Made by a program: the position numbers and the translations under genes. DNA of 64,000 nt. Source: the human T2T-CHM13v2.0 reference genome, Homo sapiens. How positions within the stretch are numbered: the stretch's first letter is position 1; each line of letters opens with the position of its first letter. The DNA lies in the NCBI RefSeq assembly GCF_009914755.1, contig NC_060927.1; one strand, written 5' to 3'. Of the stretch, positions 1-13,889 are shown piece by piece. Under the pieces are notes generated by a model. It saw nothing but the letters and a program-made list of their open reading frames with translations. It made no database searches and had not been told where the DNA came from.

Positions 1-330
1 CTGGTCCAGCAAATTATGGAACCCAAGGAGGGGGTGAAGGGAACCTCAATTTGTAGCCAGTCAGTTTGAAGTAGGGGTGGCCTGGACTTGTGTTTGGCAC
101 CTGGAGAGGGGGCAATCTTACTGGACTCGGCCCTAGACCTGTAGGATCTAACACTGTCTCTAGGTAGATAGCCTCAGAATTGAATGATAGCATACCCAGT
201 TGGTGTCTGTTGGAGAATTGCTTGGTTTTGGCAGGGGAGTGGGGGGAATCATAAATGTGGTCACAGAAGTGTTCTGTGTTGAGTGTGAGAGGAAAAAGGA
301 AAACAGTATGTTTTCTTTCCTCTATTGTAA
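1..330 (+). mobile_element. MER21-family LTR fragment (3' part)
   Basis: Similar to 30745-30980 (aatttgtagccag...cctgtrggatct..cacccag.tggtgt); resembles the recalled MER21 consensus. Confidence 0.65.
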
Positions 331-569
331 AGTCTTGTAAATAATGTTGCGGTAGGCATTCTTGAACATAATCATTGTCCAAATCTCTGATTAATGCCTT
401 AAACTGGAGCCCTAGAAGTGGAATTAGTTGATGAAAATGTATGCTAATTTTACAAAATTTTGATAAGTACTTCAAAACTGCTTTTCAAAAAGGTTGTATT
501 AATTTAGGCTCTCCTACCCTCAAGCAGCCCTCTCACCCCCGCATTATATTTTAAGAGGGCAGCAAAAAT

Positions 570-775
570 ATGCTGGGTTCATATCCCAGCTTTACTATCT
601 TAGGAAAGTTATTTAACCTTGCCAACGTCCAGTTTCCTTGTCTATAATACAGGGGTAGTAATAATATCCAGCTCACAGGGTTCCTATGAGAATTAAATAA
701 AGCAATAATGTAAAATTGTCTAGTACAGTCTCTGGCAAATAACACATATATAGTCAATAAATGTTAGCAACTGTT
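570..775 (+). mobile_element. MIR SINE
   Basis: ctgggttcatatcccagc...agttatttaacct...cagtttccttgtctataa MIR core. Confidence 0.7.
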
Positions 776-2309
776 ACCAGTAACCAGTAATATCACTCTT
801 CCCCAAATCACTCCTGGACAGGGTAATATTTGGGTGCAAAATCCCCTAAACGCAGTTGGAAAAAGTACCAAGTTTCCCTGTTTAATAAAACTGTTTAATA
901 GCTGAAGTCACTCAACTACCCTATCCACACAAGAGATCTCAGTATTCTAAAAATAATAGCCTATTTGGTTACCACTGGAAGTAAAAAGGATCTTCAGAAA
1001 GGTGTTTTCTGCCCTCGACATATTATTTTAACAATGGCATATATTTCCTTATTATTCCAAGAGAAACAAATTTATTTAAGGGGAAACGGCTCCAACCTGG
1101 AAAATGAGTTTTTTTCAGAAAAAGGTGAAGTCCACATAAATAGCTTCATTATTAATCATCATAAGCAGACCTCACAGGCATCAATCTGCCACAGTCTGGT
1201 CCTCAGCACCCCCAAAAGAGATCTATATTACAAGCCTTTAAAAAATGTCCTTGAGAAGTTTAAGAAAAGCCTTTGCAATTAATTTGGAAGTCTTTCTGGA
1301 ATTTTGTGTAAATTCAGTCAATTTTTTGTTTGGTTGTTCCCAGAATTTTTGGTTGAGATGATCCCAAGATAAACAGAATCACTTATAGAAAGCTGTTTGT
1401 CAGATGGATGCCCTGAAACAATTGCATTAAATTGGTTTAGCTCTATTTAAATACAAAGTAGATTATTTTCTATTGCTTTATGTGCATACATTTGCTTAAT
1501 CTTTTTATAAACTACATATTTATTAGGCATGGGAACATTAGTATTCAGCTTCTGGAGAGAAACCACTCAAAATTGTTCTGTGTCCATTGCCTAAAAGGAT
1601 ATTACTACCAGGGGGATAAATACACAGAATTTGTTCTTCTAAACTCTTCGGAGTTTTTTGACATTGGGTAAATTTGTGTCTTTAAACACTGGGGCATTTC
1701 ATGATGTAAAAACAACAGGGGAAATGAAATTGTAGGATATTATAAAAGGTCCTAGCTGCTGCTTTCTTCTGGAGTTTCTTCTCTGGGAATCTGCTAAATA
1801 AAAAAAGCTTCAGTCTGACACTGAAGGAAGCATTTGGGAACAGAAAACTGATTCAACAGATTTGCACCCGTCAGAAATACAAATATGCCCAGTGTTTTCC
1901 TGTCCTATTTTCCTTCTCTTTAAGTTCAGTGTCATCAAATCTGTAAATTTCCCATGCGGGTCACCAAATAAACCGAGATATGTAATAATAAACAGCTGGG
2001 CTTAGATTGTCTTCTCAGCCAACTTTTTCTGCCTGAAAAGATAGGAAACTAGTCCAGTGAGATGGATTAGGGAAAAATTCTATCTTAGAGTTGCCAGGAA
2101 CCTGAATAAGAAAAAGGTACCCCCTCCTTCATGCTGCAATAAGGATCACAGTTTGACAAACAAAGCACAGACTAGACTTTGCCCCAAACTACCTCCTTGG
2201 TCTGTACTATGCAATCCTACATTTTATTTTCACATACGTGTTGCTTAACTCTTGCGGTAACACAGGAAAAGCACCAGGAACAAGTGGTAAAATACAACTT
2301 CAGACCTAA

Positions 2310-2643
<334 letters not shown>

Positions 2644-2884
2644 AATCAAAACATTGTATTTTGAATCTCCATGTGCCTAGTTCTATGCAAGGCGTGCAGG
2701 GTACACAAATGAAGAATACTTCTGTGAGTTCCTGAAAGATGCTATGGTATAAAGGGCTCTTGTTTTTGTTTCTCATGTTTCTCATTGTTTGTTACAGATT
2801 TGGAGGGAGAGGGGAAGATGCCATCTAGCCTTCTCAACAATAAAAACTTGTTTGAAGGTCTACCTTTCTATTAAGAAAATAGCT

Positions 2885-3035
2885 TCAAGACTCGGACCAC
2901 ATGGATTCAAATCCCAGCACTGCTATTTACTAACTATATGACTTTCAGTGACTGACTTAGCGTCTGTGTTCCTAGGTTTCCTCAGCCGTAAAAATGTGGA
3001 TATAATTGCAATGCCTACACCACGGGTTGTTATTA
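2885..3035 (+). mobile_element. MIR SINE
   Basis: ggattcaaatcccagcactgctatttactaactatatgac MIR core. Confidence 0.7.
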
Positions 3036-3399
3036 TTATTATTAGTCTATGTCCCTCACAGCCCATCTAGCACCAAGAGCAGTATATTATGTCTGAAAGG
3101 AGGATATCATCGGTTGTCATAATCACTCTGAGGGCTCAACTTTGCAACTGGAACTGTGAGCAGACCCAGAACAGGCCAAGAGTTAGAGAGGCAAAACAAA
3201 AAGTGGCTGCTAAGAGACTGAGAAATGAAACAGAGCTGGTGTCAGTCTCATAGTGCCGGGTAAATAAACACTGGCGTTCAGAGTCCACCAAAGCAGAGGG
3301 GCCATGGTAAGCACCTCCTGCTTCTAGCAGGAACTAATAGAATTACATCCTAAAAATAACACTACACAGACATAAATCAGCCTTCATAAGCATTGCAAC

Positions 3400-4470
3400 T
3401 CAGGTTCAAATCAGCTTATTTCCTGATTGGTTTAAAGTGTTCTGCTTTATTCTGACTGCCTGACAGAAACTAACATCATAGAGAGCCTCTGCAGTTTTTC
3501 CTATAGAATGTCCAGAATTCAATTTAAAATTATAGGTGTACAAAGACAGGAAAAAGAGATTAAAAAATACACAATAGAAACAGACATGCAGATTATCCAG
3601 ATGCTAAAATTGTCAGATACAGAATATAAAATAACACTGATTAATATGTTTAAGAAAACAGATGACAAAATGGAGAATTTCACCAGAGAATTGAAATCTA
3701 AGTGTTTTTTTAAAAAAGGTGAAAATTATGAAACTGTAAAATACAACAACTGAAATTAAAACTTCAATAAATAAATTTGACAATAGTTTAAACACAGGTG
3801 AAGAAAGTATTAGTGACCTAGAAGATTGGTTGGTAGAAAATATCCCTATGGAAGCACCCAAGTATTTTTAAAAAGAAAAAATATGTAGGCAATACCATAA
3901 AAACAGGAAAAGGTCTGATGTGCAATTAGAGCTTCAGAAGGGTAGGAAAGTGAAATTGAGTTGGGAGCAATAGGTGCAACATTTGAAGAGGTAATGACAA
4001 AAAATTTTCCAAAGCTGATTTAAAGGTATCAAGCTATAGATTCAATAAATGCTACAAATCTCAAGCAGGATAAATACAAAAAAATACACATAGAAATGTA
4101 ATAAGTAAATTGCTAGAGGGGAATAACAGACAAAAAGAAAATTCTAAAAGCAGTCAGATAATCGTCCTAAACAAATAAATTACCTCAAAGAAGCAACAGT
4201 AAGACTGATGGCTAACTTCTTAACAGAAACAATGGAAGCCAGAAGGCATTGTGATGTCATCTTTAAAGTGATGAAAGAAAATAACTGCCAAACAAAAATA
4301 TATTTCAAAAATTAAGGCAAAGTAAAAATATTTTCAGACAAACAAAAGGTGATGGAATTTGTTGTCAGCAGACTTGTGCTTTTAAAAAGTCTAAAGGCAT
4401 TTGTTCTTGAGGCAGAAGAAACATTATCACTGATGGAAGAGCATATACAAGTGAAATGAATGAAAAACAC
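3400..4470 (+). mobile_element. Ancient L1 (L1M) ORF1-region relic
   Basis: A-rich strand; the ORF 3508-3753 translation (MQIIQMLKLSDTEYKITLINMFK) resembles the old L1 ORF1 N-terminus; gaaacaatggaagccagaagg...tctttaaagtgatgaaagaaaataactg. Confidence 0.75.
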
Positions 4471-4472
4471 TG

Positions 4473-4755
4473 TTGGGAGGCTGAAGTGGGAAAATCACTT
4501 GAGCCCAGGAATTTGAGACCAGCCTTGGCAATATAGTGAGATCCTATATCTACAAAATTTTTTTTTTTTAATTATCCAGGCATGATGGCTGGCACACACC
4601 TGTAGCCCCAGCTATCAGGAGGCTAAAGGTGGGAGGATAGCTTAAGCCCAGGACTTCTAGGCTATAGTGAGCTATGATCACACCATTGCACTCCAGCCTG
4701 GGCAACAGAGTGAAAAGTCTCTAAAAAGAAAAGGAAAAGAAAAAGAAAAAAAGAG
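4473..4755 (+). mobile_element. AluJ, 5'-truncated
   Basis: ttgagcccagga...gtgagctatgatc J-type sequence with A tail. Confidence 0.9.
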
Positions 4756-5089
4756 ATAAACACTGGAAGCCAAACATGAATAATGACTGTATAAAACAAT
4801 AAAAATGGGTGTTTGGGCACTTTAAAAAGCTAGTGCCAGCAGCCTGCTTTTCAAGTCTCATGTTGAGAAATTTTCATTTCATAAAGAGAAAAAAAAATGA
4901 CCTTGACTAGGAATATTCTGTTTTCTTCCACATTAGGAGCCCAAATACCATCATAGTATTACTAATACTCACCAAAGAGGGCATGTGATGGACCCTTGAG
5001 GGATTATTTAAAGCCCTAGTAGTCACTGTTTAGAGATCAATGCCATGAAAGGAAACTGGCAGCCTGCTGGGGCAATGATGCTTGTGTTA

Positions 5090-5285
5090 CAGTGCTCTAC
5101 CCTCTATCTCATTGTGTATACAGTATCTCAATAGCTCCTCCCAACAACCCCACCAGGCAGGTGTATTTCTCCCTATTTTATAGAAGTTTAGAAACATTAA
5201 AGAAATGACCAAGATCACACAGCTAGAAAGGGATGGAAACTGATTTTAGCCTGAACTGCAAAGCCCATAGTTTTTCCACTTTACA
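5090..5285 (-). mobile_element. MIR SINE
   Basis: ccaacaaccc...cctattttatag...ccaagatcacacagctag. Confidence 0.65.
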
Positions 5286-5414
5286 AGGCCATGGGGCAGA
5301 AAAATTCTAGCCAGTTAAATTATATTGGTACACATAATAGAGTTAAAATGGTATTCTAAATTTAAATGTGCATAGTACACATGCAGAATACTTACAAAAC
5401 AGAGTGAGAAGACA

Positions 5415-5512
5415 AATGGGTGGGTGGGTGGATGGATGGATGGATGGATGGATAGATGGGTGGATAGATGGATGGATAGATGGATGGATGAAAAGATGGA
5501 TGGATAGATAGA
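5415..5512. repeat. (GGAT/AGAT)n microsatellite
   Basis: Direct inspection. Confidence 0.95.
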
Positions 5513-5699
5513 GTCAGACACAAAGCCCCTGACTTGAGGGTAGAGAGTTAATCCACTTACATACTCAATGTTTGATGTTCATATGGTAAATCCTGCAAGA
5601 ATGCTGCTACATAGAGGAAATTCTCTGCTCAAAAGCTGTCAGAATGGCTACAGCAGCTGTCTTAGCAGTTAAAATACAAATAAAAACAAAACAAAAATA

Positions 5700-6680
5700 A
5701 ATGAAGCTATAATACATTTGTATGTTAAATAATTCAAAAAGTACAGAGCATATTCAATAAAAGTCAGGTTTTCCTCCTACTTCAAAGACTCAGTCTACTT
5801 CTTTAGAGGCAATGGTCACTACTCTTAGAAGCATAGATTTATATCTATACTACACGTGTATCTATGTGTGTTTGTACATGAATATACTTTTTTCTCTGTA
5901 CAAATGGAAGCATATTATACACTAGTCTGAACCTTGATTTTGCACGACTTTTCAAGTAATGAAGATTTTTCCTGTCATATATATAAATCTGCCTCAATCT
6001 TTTGGATAGTTGCATAATAGTCCCTTGAAAAGATGAGTCATGTTTTATTTAAATGGTTTCCTGCTAATAAGACATTGGAAGCATTTCAAGTTTTTTGATA
6101 CTAAAAATGATATTTTTAATGGAAATAAGTCTTTATGCATACATGCAAATAGTTTTATAGGATAAATTACTAGAAGTAGAATTGCTGAACAAGTGTATGT
6201 GCATTTTTCATTTTGATAGCTATTGCCAACTATCCCTCCAAATAGATTTCACTAGATTACACATTTCCACATACCCTTACACACTTTACAAACTATCAAA
6301 CTTTTAGCTTTGCAAACTACAGGATAAAAATTATATCTATTATTTTTATTTGCATTTATTCAATTATCAGTGCAGCTGAGTATTTTTCATATGTTTATAA
6401 GTAATTTGTGTATCTTTTTCTCTGAGCTGTCTGTTCATATCCTTTGCCCAGTTTTGAATTGAATTATTGGCCTTTTTCTTATTGACTTTTGCATTTACAC
6501 AGTGACATTAGCTCTTGGTTTGTTACATGTTCATGTAAATGTTTTTTCTGGGTTATGATTTCTCTTTAAAAGTTGTCTATAATATTCCTATAGACAACTC
6601 AAAATTCCTATAGACAACGAATCAAAATATTTGATTTTTACAGTCAAATTTATCCTTTTTTTCTTTATAATGTCTGGGCA
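5700..6680 (-). mobile_element. Ancient L1 (L1ME-like) 3' fragment
   Basis: ggataaattactagaagtagaattgctg...tttgcattt...ctgttcatatcctttgccca antisense L1 3' motifs. Confidence 0.7.
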
Positions 6681-7825
6681 TCAGATGATCTTAATTATTC
6701 ATGAGACTACAATGCCCAGGTGTTGTATCATATTCAGATAAGTTGCTAAACTGTCTCAAGATGCAGAAAAGTTTGCAAAAGTATTCATACAATCTTTATT
6801 CTGGAGCACCAATAAGTAATAAATGACACCTTTCTGGATTTTTTTTCTTGAAGCCCGTTGTCAAGATTTTTGAAGTCTCTCAAAAACAGGATAGATGGCT
6901 CATGGATGTTCCCTACAGACACTGTGTCATGAATATTTAGGACTCCCCTCCACCGCTATTGAGAAGTTGCCACTTAATGTTTCAAAGAGAGCAAAGAAAT
7001 AGTTTTGGAAGAAACTGTATGTGTGTCTTAATCTAAAATTAATAACTATATTTCACTATCACTCACTGTAGAATGATATCTAATATTGTTGACATTCTAC
7101 CACTTTACAAAATTCTTACCTGTTCACTGTATAATTGATCTGCGTGACAAAACTAGCACAACAAAAGATTACCATCTCCATTTTGCTGATATGAAAATTA
7201 GGAAAGGCAGTGGCTTGCCCCAGCTTACATAGGTACCAAGTAGCAGAAAGAGGCTAGAAATTAGGTCTTTTGATCGTAGGCCCAAAGTTCCTTTAGTGCT
7301 ATAGCCTTTCTGGCTCCGCTCACTTACTATTTCTCCCCCTGCTGCTCAGATATGTCAGCAAAGAAGAAAGAGCTCCACAGAACCAAGCTCCTCAGCATGT
7401 AACACTGGGGGTTGGTGTTCAACAAGGAACACAGAGCTCTGCTTCTTACCCTGACAGGCCACCTTTCAGGATTGAAGCTCAGGATTGGAATCCAGATTGA
7501 TGCCATGTGGGCACCAGCTGATTTATGCTCAAGTTGAATGACATTTATGGACAAGAGCCACAGGAAAACTGACAGCAGAGACCTTGCTATTTTATGAAGG
7601 AAAATCACGTTTACAGTGCTGACCTACACATGCAAATTTACGGTCTCAACTGATCACAAGCCTCTTTGGGATCTCACTTCATCTGAGGATGAGCTGCCAC
7701 CCTAAATTATGGCACCAAAGATATAGTTCCAAATCTTCTGTTCAGGTCCTATGACTCTGACCTTGTCTACTTGTCAGGGAGAATAACAATGAAGACAGGC
7801 ATATCGAGCTATCTACTCAAATCAG

Positions 7826-8067
7826 CCAGGGTTTCTCTTCCAGCACTACTGATACTTTGAATCACAAAATTATTTGTCTGGGGGGGCGGATGGGCGGGTG
7901 AGGGGCTATCCTGTGTACCGTAGAATGTTCAGCAGCATTTAGCAACATTCTTCTACCCACTAGATGCCAGTGGCAACCCCCTTCCTCCAATTATGACAAC
8001 TCAAAATGTCTCCACACATTGCCAAGTGTCCCCTGGGGAGCAAGGCCATCTCCAACTGAGAACCACA
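7826..8067. mobile_element. MER20 (hAT-Charlie DNA transposon)
   Basis: ctacccactagatgccagt...aaatgtctccacacattgccaagtgtcccctggg...tgagaaccac. Confidence 0.85.
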
Positions 8068-8197
8068 GAAATAGATCTTTAATATATTCTGTCAAATTTT
8101 TGAAAAGACCCTTGTCTCTCAGTGATGAAAATGCCTGATTGACTCATAGCTCAAACCGAATGGGAAAGGAATAACTAACAATAAAAGCTACCTGAAT

Positions 8198-8537
<340 letters not shown>

Positions 8538-8799
8538 TTACAGAAGGTGTCTATCTGTCTTTTGGACAAAGGACTTCTGATGAAGAGGATGGAGTGGACC
8601 ATATTCTTTAATCCATGACGTTATTTGTCCCCATCAAATACAAATATCTAAATGTATTTATATATTTTCATTATCACTAGTCCTCATTCTCATTCCCCTC
8701 ACTCCCCAGTGGGATCTATCCTACTAATATATATCCTTTTGTCTGTGTCTTTGTATAATGTGTACTATTTTGAATATATCATTCTCATTTAAGTCAATA

Positions 8800-9385
8800 G
8801 AGTTCCGCAATCACTTACTCACAATTCTTAAACTTACACAGCTCTGGACACCAGAAGTTTTCTCTTAAATTCTTAACAGCGAAATCTGACTGAAGCGACA
8901 AGGGGTTACTTGGGGTTCTTTAGCCACTCAATGTAACTATTCCTATGTTTTGCTGCGGAACTATTATGCTTGATTATGCGATGCCACCTCTTCCTTTTCT
9001 AAATTCCAAGCATTTTGAATTCCAAAAACAAATCTGAGCCCCCCCATTTTTTTCTTTTTCTTTCTTTCCTTTTTCTTTTCTTTTAAGTGAGACAGGGTCT
9101 CACTCTGTTGCCCAGGTTAGAGTACAGTGACACAATCATGGCTCACTATAGCCTTGACCTTCCGGGCTCAGGTGATCCTCCCACCTCAGCCTACTTGGTA
9201 GGTGGGAGTACAGGCATGTGCCACCATGCCTGACTAATTTTTGTATTTTTTGTGGAGATGGGGAATCCCTATGTTGCCCAGGCTGGTCTCAAACTCCTGG
9301 GTTCAAGCAATCCACTTTCCTTGGCTTCCCAAAGTGCTTGGATTACAGGCATGAGCCACTGTGCCCAGCCCCAAAGGGTTTTAAT
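8800..9385. mobile_element. MER46C-like DNA transposon relic, split by an AluJ at 9047-9370 (-)
   Basis: tattcctatgttttgctgcggaa...ttttgaattccaaaaacaaatctgagcccc / ccccaaagggtttt; the Alu is unambiguous. Confidence 0.55.
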
Positions 9386-9419
9386 TGTCTACTTATACAT
9401 TATAGAGAGAGATCTTACT

Positions 9420-11760
9420 CTGTTTTCCTGTTTTTACTCAGTATTATATTTTTAATACATATCCATGTTACTGCATGTACATCTAGTCTATTACTTCTAA
9501 CTGCCGTAGAATACTCCATGAAGTGGATCCCTACATTCCACTCACCCACTCCCCCAGTAATGAGCAGCTACATTGCCTCCAGTTCCCCATCACTACAAAC
9601 AATGACTTAATGAACATCCTCATACATGTTCCTTTGTGGACCTGTATGAGAATCTCCATAGGATATACACCCAGGGTTAACAGCTGGGTCATGGGTGTGA
9701 ATATACTTAATCTGGTCAAGGAATGCCAGAATACCCTTCAAAACAGCCATGTCAGCCTACTGGCATGGTGTGATATAATAGATCCTGTAGTCCCCCATTT
9801 TCCCAACACTTACCAGTATCCAGTGTTCTCAACTTGTCAGTCTAAGAGGTGTAAAGAGATATCTCATTCTTTTTTTCATTTGCATTTTCTGATATAACTG
9901 AGCCTCCAGGTATGCTCATTAGTCTTTGGGGTTTCTTCTCGTTAAATTGCTTATTCATGAGCTTTACGCATTTTTTACTAGTGTTTCTGTCTTTTTCTTG
10001 CTGACTTACAAGAGTTCCTTGTTTTTAGACATTGAAAATATTGGTTTTAGACACTGAAAAATATCTTCTCTCAATCTGTCAGCTGTCTGTTCATTTGGTT
10101 CATGCATAGAGGAAATGTGTAAAACAGAAATCTTCATTTTTATGTAATCCAATTGATAGGTATTTTGCCTTATGGTTTGGAGCTTTAGAAGTTTTAAAAA
10201 AGTCCTTCCCACTTATAAGTGACAAAGACAGTCCTCTATATTTTCTTCTACTACTGTAACAATTTTACTTTTCACATTTGGTCTTTAATTCACTTCCAAA
10301 TGGATTCACCTCTGTTGTTTTAGATTGGAGTCCAGTTTTATTTTTCATCATACGCTGAACATTTTCTCTTTTTAAAAAAATTTTTTGTAGGGAGTTTTTG
10401 CTCAGACTGGCCTTGAACTACTGACCTCAAGCAATTCTCCTGCCTTGACCTCCCAAAGTGCTGGGATTACAGGTGTGAGCCATTATGCCCAGCCCATTGA
10501 GTATTTTCTACTAAATATTGCATGTTTTCCTCATTGATCAGGGAATCATCTGTATTATCTTATACTTAATACCCAAATATACAAATCTATCTATAATTTC
10601 TCTACTCTGTTTCAATGGTCCATATGCCTGATCTGTTGCAAAGATCACTACTTTAATTTCTATGGCTTTAAATTATGTCCATATGTGATAGGGTTAGTCC
10701 CCCTTTTCATTATTCCCTTAGCATTTTTACTTAAGGCCAGGAACAGCAGCTCACGCCTGTAATCCCAGCACTTTGGGAGGCCAAGGTGGGTGGATCACTT
10801 GAGCCCAGGAGTTTGAGACCAGCCTAGGCAACAAAACTAGACTCCGTCTCTACAAAATACAAAAATAAAAATTAGCTGGACATGATGGTGTTGCCTGTGG
10901 TCCAAGCTACTCAGGAGGCTGAAGTGGGAGGATCACTTTAGCCCAGGAGGTCAAGGCTGCAGTGAGCTGTGACTGTGCCACCACTACACTCCAGCCTGGG
11001 TGATACAGTAAAACCATGTCTCAAAAAAAATTTTTTTAACTTAGTCATAGATTTTATTACATCTGTATTTTAGAGTAGGCTTATTATTAAGTTTCTGAGA
11101 AAATTTATTTGTAGCTTGTATTGGAATTACATTGAGCATGTGAATTAACGAAAAGAGGCTTAAGCTTTCTATATAGAGAAACCTTCCACCCAAGGGTATA
11201 GAATTATTTAATTAAATCACACTATATTCTTGACTGAACTTTAAAATTTTTCTCCAAACACTATTCTGTAGTTATCCAAGCTCATGTAATAATCATAATA
11301 ACTCTATACTGTAGGTACTTTTATTATCATCATTTAACAGATGAGGAAACTGAGCCCAGAGAGATAAATAACTCACCTAAGAACACACAGCAAGTAAGTA
11401 GCAGAACCTGGATTAACATAGTTTAGTCCATACTCTTAGCCATTATACTGCCTCTGTATCTACAGTCAGTTACTTTATAGTTTGGCTGCTTCTATGCATG
11501 TCATCTTGTTTTTATTACATTTTCTGATGGATTGTTGCAGATACAAAGAAAATCGGCTGATTTTTTTTAAGTTGATATGTGTATTGCATGATGTTGTTAA
11601 ATTCTCTTCTTAGTTCTAATAGTCTATTAATTTTTTTTCTTTTTGTATATCAACTGTAAAAAGTGACAGTTTTACCTTTTCTTTTCCAATGTTTAAAGCT
11701 CTCATTTCTTTTTCTTTCCTTATAGCATTGGCCGAGACCTCCACGACAATGCTACACACT
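9420..11760 (-). mobile_element. Ancient L1 3'/ORF2 relic, interrupted by an Alu monomer (~10365-10493), AluJ (10736-11030) and MIR (~11270-11455)
   Basis: tcatttgcattttct, gtatttggaattacattga-like, tttccaatgttt..ctcatttcttttt L1 antisense motifs. Confidence 0.7.
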
Positions 11761-12399
11761 GTGAAGTAGTGATTGTGAGCTAAGACTGTCACTTATAGAA
11801 AAATCATGTATTCCTAGAAGAAGGTTTTCATTTCATCTTAGCTAGAGGACATGGAGCACTTCAGGAAACTATTTCACAAAAATGTAAATTAGAAACTGTG
11901 TCTGGTAGCCAATAATCCATTTTTAACAGTGGCCCTGTGCTCATCTAAGCAACAGAAATTACTTTTGTATAGGAGATGGCCCTTCCAGGGGAGAAACAGC
12001 TCAGTTGTGATACACTTGTCTTCATCCTGACTTTAAGTACATTTAACTCCACACTAAACCCTTGTGGCCACAACACAGCTCTGCACCTGTCATTTGCTCT
12101 AGACAAACTGCTAAACGCAATTGTTTCTGACAATGGATTACTCTGTATCCCGTGGGGGAATTCTCAGACAGCAGCATTAGAAGGGGCCTTAGAGATCAAC
12201 CATTTCTCTTATTTTACACACACCTAAAACTCCCTACAGCCGTGCTTCATCAGCTTCGAGCAGATGAGCCACCCAGAAGGCAGCTCCAGTTATTAGGTCC
12301 TAGGGCCTGGGTGTAGTCAGGCCCTTTGGAAGCTCCAAGTCAGAGATCAAACACATCCTCCCCACTACCCACGCCTAGGGTGACTAATGCCTGTGGGAA

Positions 12400-12840
12400 A
12401 AACAACTGAACTAAAAAGTCCCACAGGAACCTCAAACCCAGCACATCCAAAATGGAACTTCTCACCATCTCCTCCAAACTCAGTCCTCTTATACAGTAAT
12501 CCCTGTAAAGCTAGAACAATCTCCATTCCCCATTCTCAGGGCCTTCCTCTCCCGCTCACCTGAGGAGCTACCAAGCCTTGGCCCACAAGCCCTCTGAGAG
12601 TCCCTCCTGCCCACCCTGTGTTCTCCATACTGAATAAGGACTTGGCCACACCTTGTCAACTCTTCCCTCTGCTCTACTCCTGACCCCTGGATCCATCCTT
12701 CATGCTGTGGCTGAAGGGATCCCCCCATCATGCAAATTCTGCCACATCTCCCGCCTAAAACCCAGGAAGACTCCCCACTACTCTCAGCACAGAAAGTACA
12801 CTCCTTAGTATGGCATCCCCTGCCCTCATGGCATGGCCCC
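12400..12840. mobile_element. L2 LINE relic
   Basis: aggaacctcaaacccagcacatccaaaatggaactt L2-like motif. Confidence 0.55.
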
Positions 12841-13550
12841 ATCCAGCCCTCCAGCCTCACACCCTGCAAGGACACCTAGACCCCCACCTCCCTCAACCCT
12901 TCATGACTGCGCTTCTGATCCCTGTTTCCCCTGGCTAGACCCTGCGTGCCCTCCCGCTGGAAGCGGTCTAATGCCTGCTTGTTTTTAACACTCAGGTTGG
13001 GGCCCCTGCCTGCTCCCGGGAGCCTTTGCTGACTCCTGGACCCCGTTGCTCCGGCTGAGCGTGGGCTCTTTCTCTAGGTCTTTCCTCCCAGGACTCTGTG
13101 TATTCATCCTATCGTTAAACTGGATTCTCTACAAGAGTAATAATTGCAGAGTCAGCCAGCTCTCATCCCTTTTCAGGTTTCAGAAAAGACCTGTGAACAA
13201 AACGCCTTGAGTCTGATTTAGTGTGGCAATGCCCCAAGGGTCCTGTTCTCCCTGGGTGTCCTGCACCTGGTGCAACGTCGGCCTGGCATCTAGTGAGCCA
13301 TCTAAAGGAACGATGATGAGTGAATGATTTGCCTACCCCTTCCAGTACTAGGCTGGAGGTCGTGGTTAGGGCCCATCCCTACGCAGGACATGCAAAGTGG
13401 GAGGCACTCCTCTCTCTACGTCGGCAGGGGGCGCTGCACAGCTGCGGGGCGGGGTAGCTTAGACACGGGGCGTCCGGCTAAGGCCGGGGACCCAGGGTGG
13501 TGGGCGGGGTGTCCCGCCCGCCTGTGGACCCCGCGCAGTAACTGCGAACA

Positions 13551-13560
13551 TTTCGCTTTC
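13551..13560 (-). promoter_or_regulatory. IL12A: ISRE/IRF element (GAAAGCGAAA on - strand)
   Basis: tttcgctttc matches GAAANNGAAA; IRF regulation of p35 is established. Confidence 0.75.
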
Positions 13561-13735
13561 ATTTTGGGCCGAGCTGGAGGCGGCGGGGCCGTCCCGGAAC
13601 GGCTGCGGCCGGGCACCCCGGGAGTTAATCCGAAAGCGCCGCAAGCCCCGCGGGCCGGCCGCACCGCACGTGTCACCGAGAAGCTGATGTAGAGAGAGAC
13701 ACAGAAGGAGACAGAAAGCAAGAGACCAGAGTCCC

Positions 13736-13745
13736 GGGAAAGTCC
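13736..13745 (+). promoter_or_regulatory. IL12A: NF-kB site GGGAAAGTCC
   Basis: Canonical kB motif 20 bp upstream of the TATA box. Confidence 0.8.
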
Positions 13746-13764
13746 TGCCGCGCCTCGGGACAAT

Positions 13765-13771
13765 TATAAAA
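13765..13771 (+). promoter_or_regulatory. IL12A: TATA box (TATAAAA) abutting ATG1
   Basis: caatTATAAAAatg. Confidence 0.75.
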
Positions 13772-13889
13772 ATGTGGCCCCCTGGGTCAGCCTCCCAGCC
13801 ACCGCCCTCACCTGCCGCGGCCACAGGTCTGCATCCAGCGGCTCGCCCTGTGTCCCTGCAGTGCCGGCTCAGCATGTGTCCAGCGCGCA
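13772..13889 (+). CDS. IL12A: Interleukin-12 subunit alpha (p35) coding exon 1; in-frame second ATG at 13874
   Basis: MWPPGSASQPPPSPAAATGLHPAARPVSLQCRLSMCPAR; donor gca|gtgagt; 118 nt. Confidence 0.97.

Noticed and set aside
7957-7970. CTCF-like ccactagatgccag
   Set aside because: Part of the MER20 consensus and mismatched at a core G
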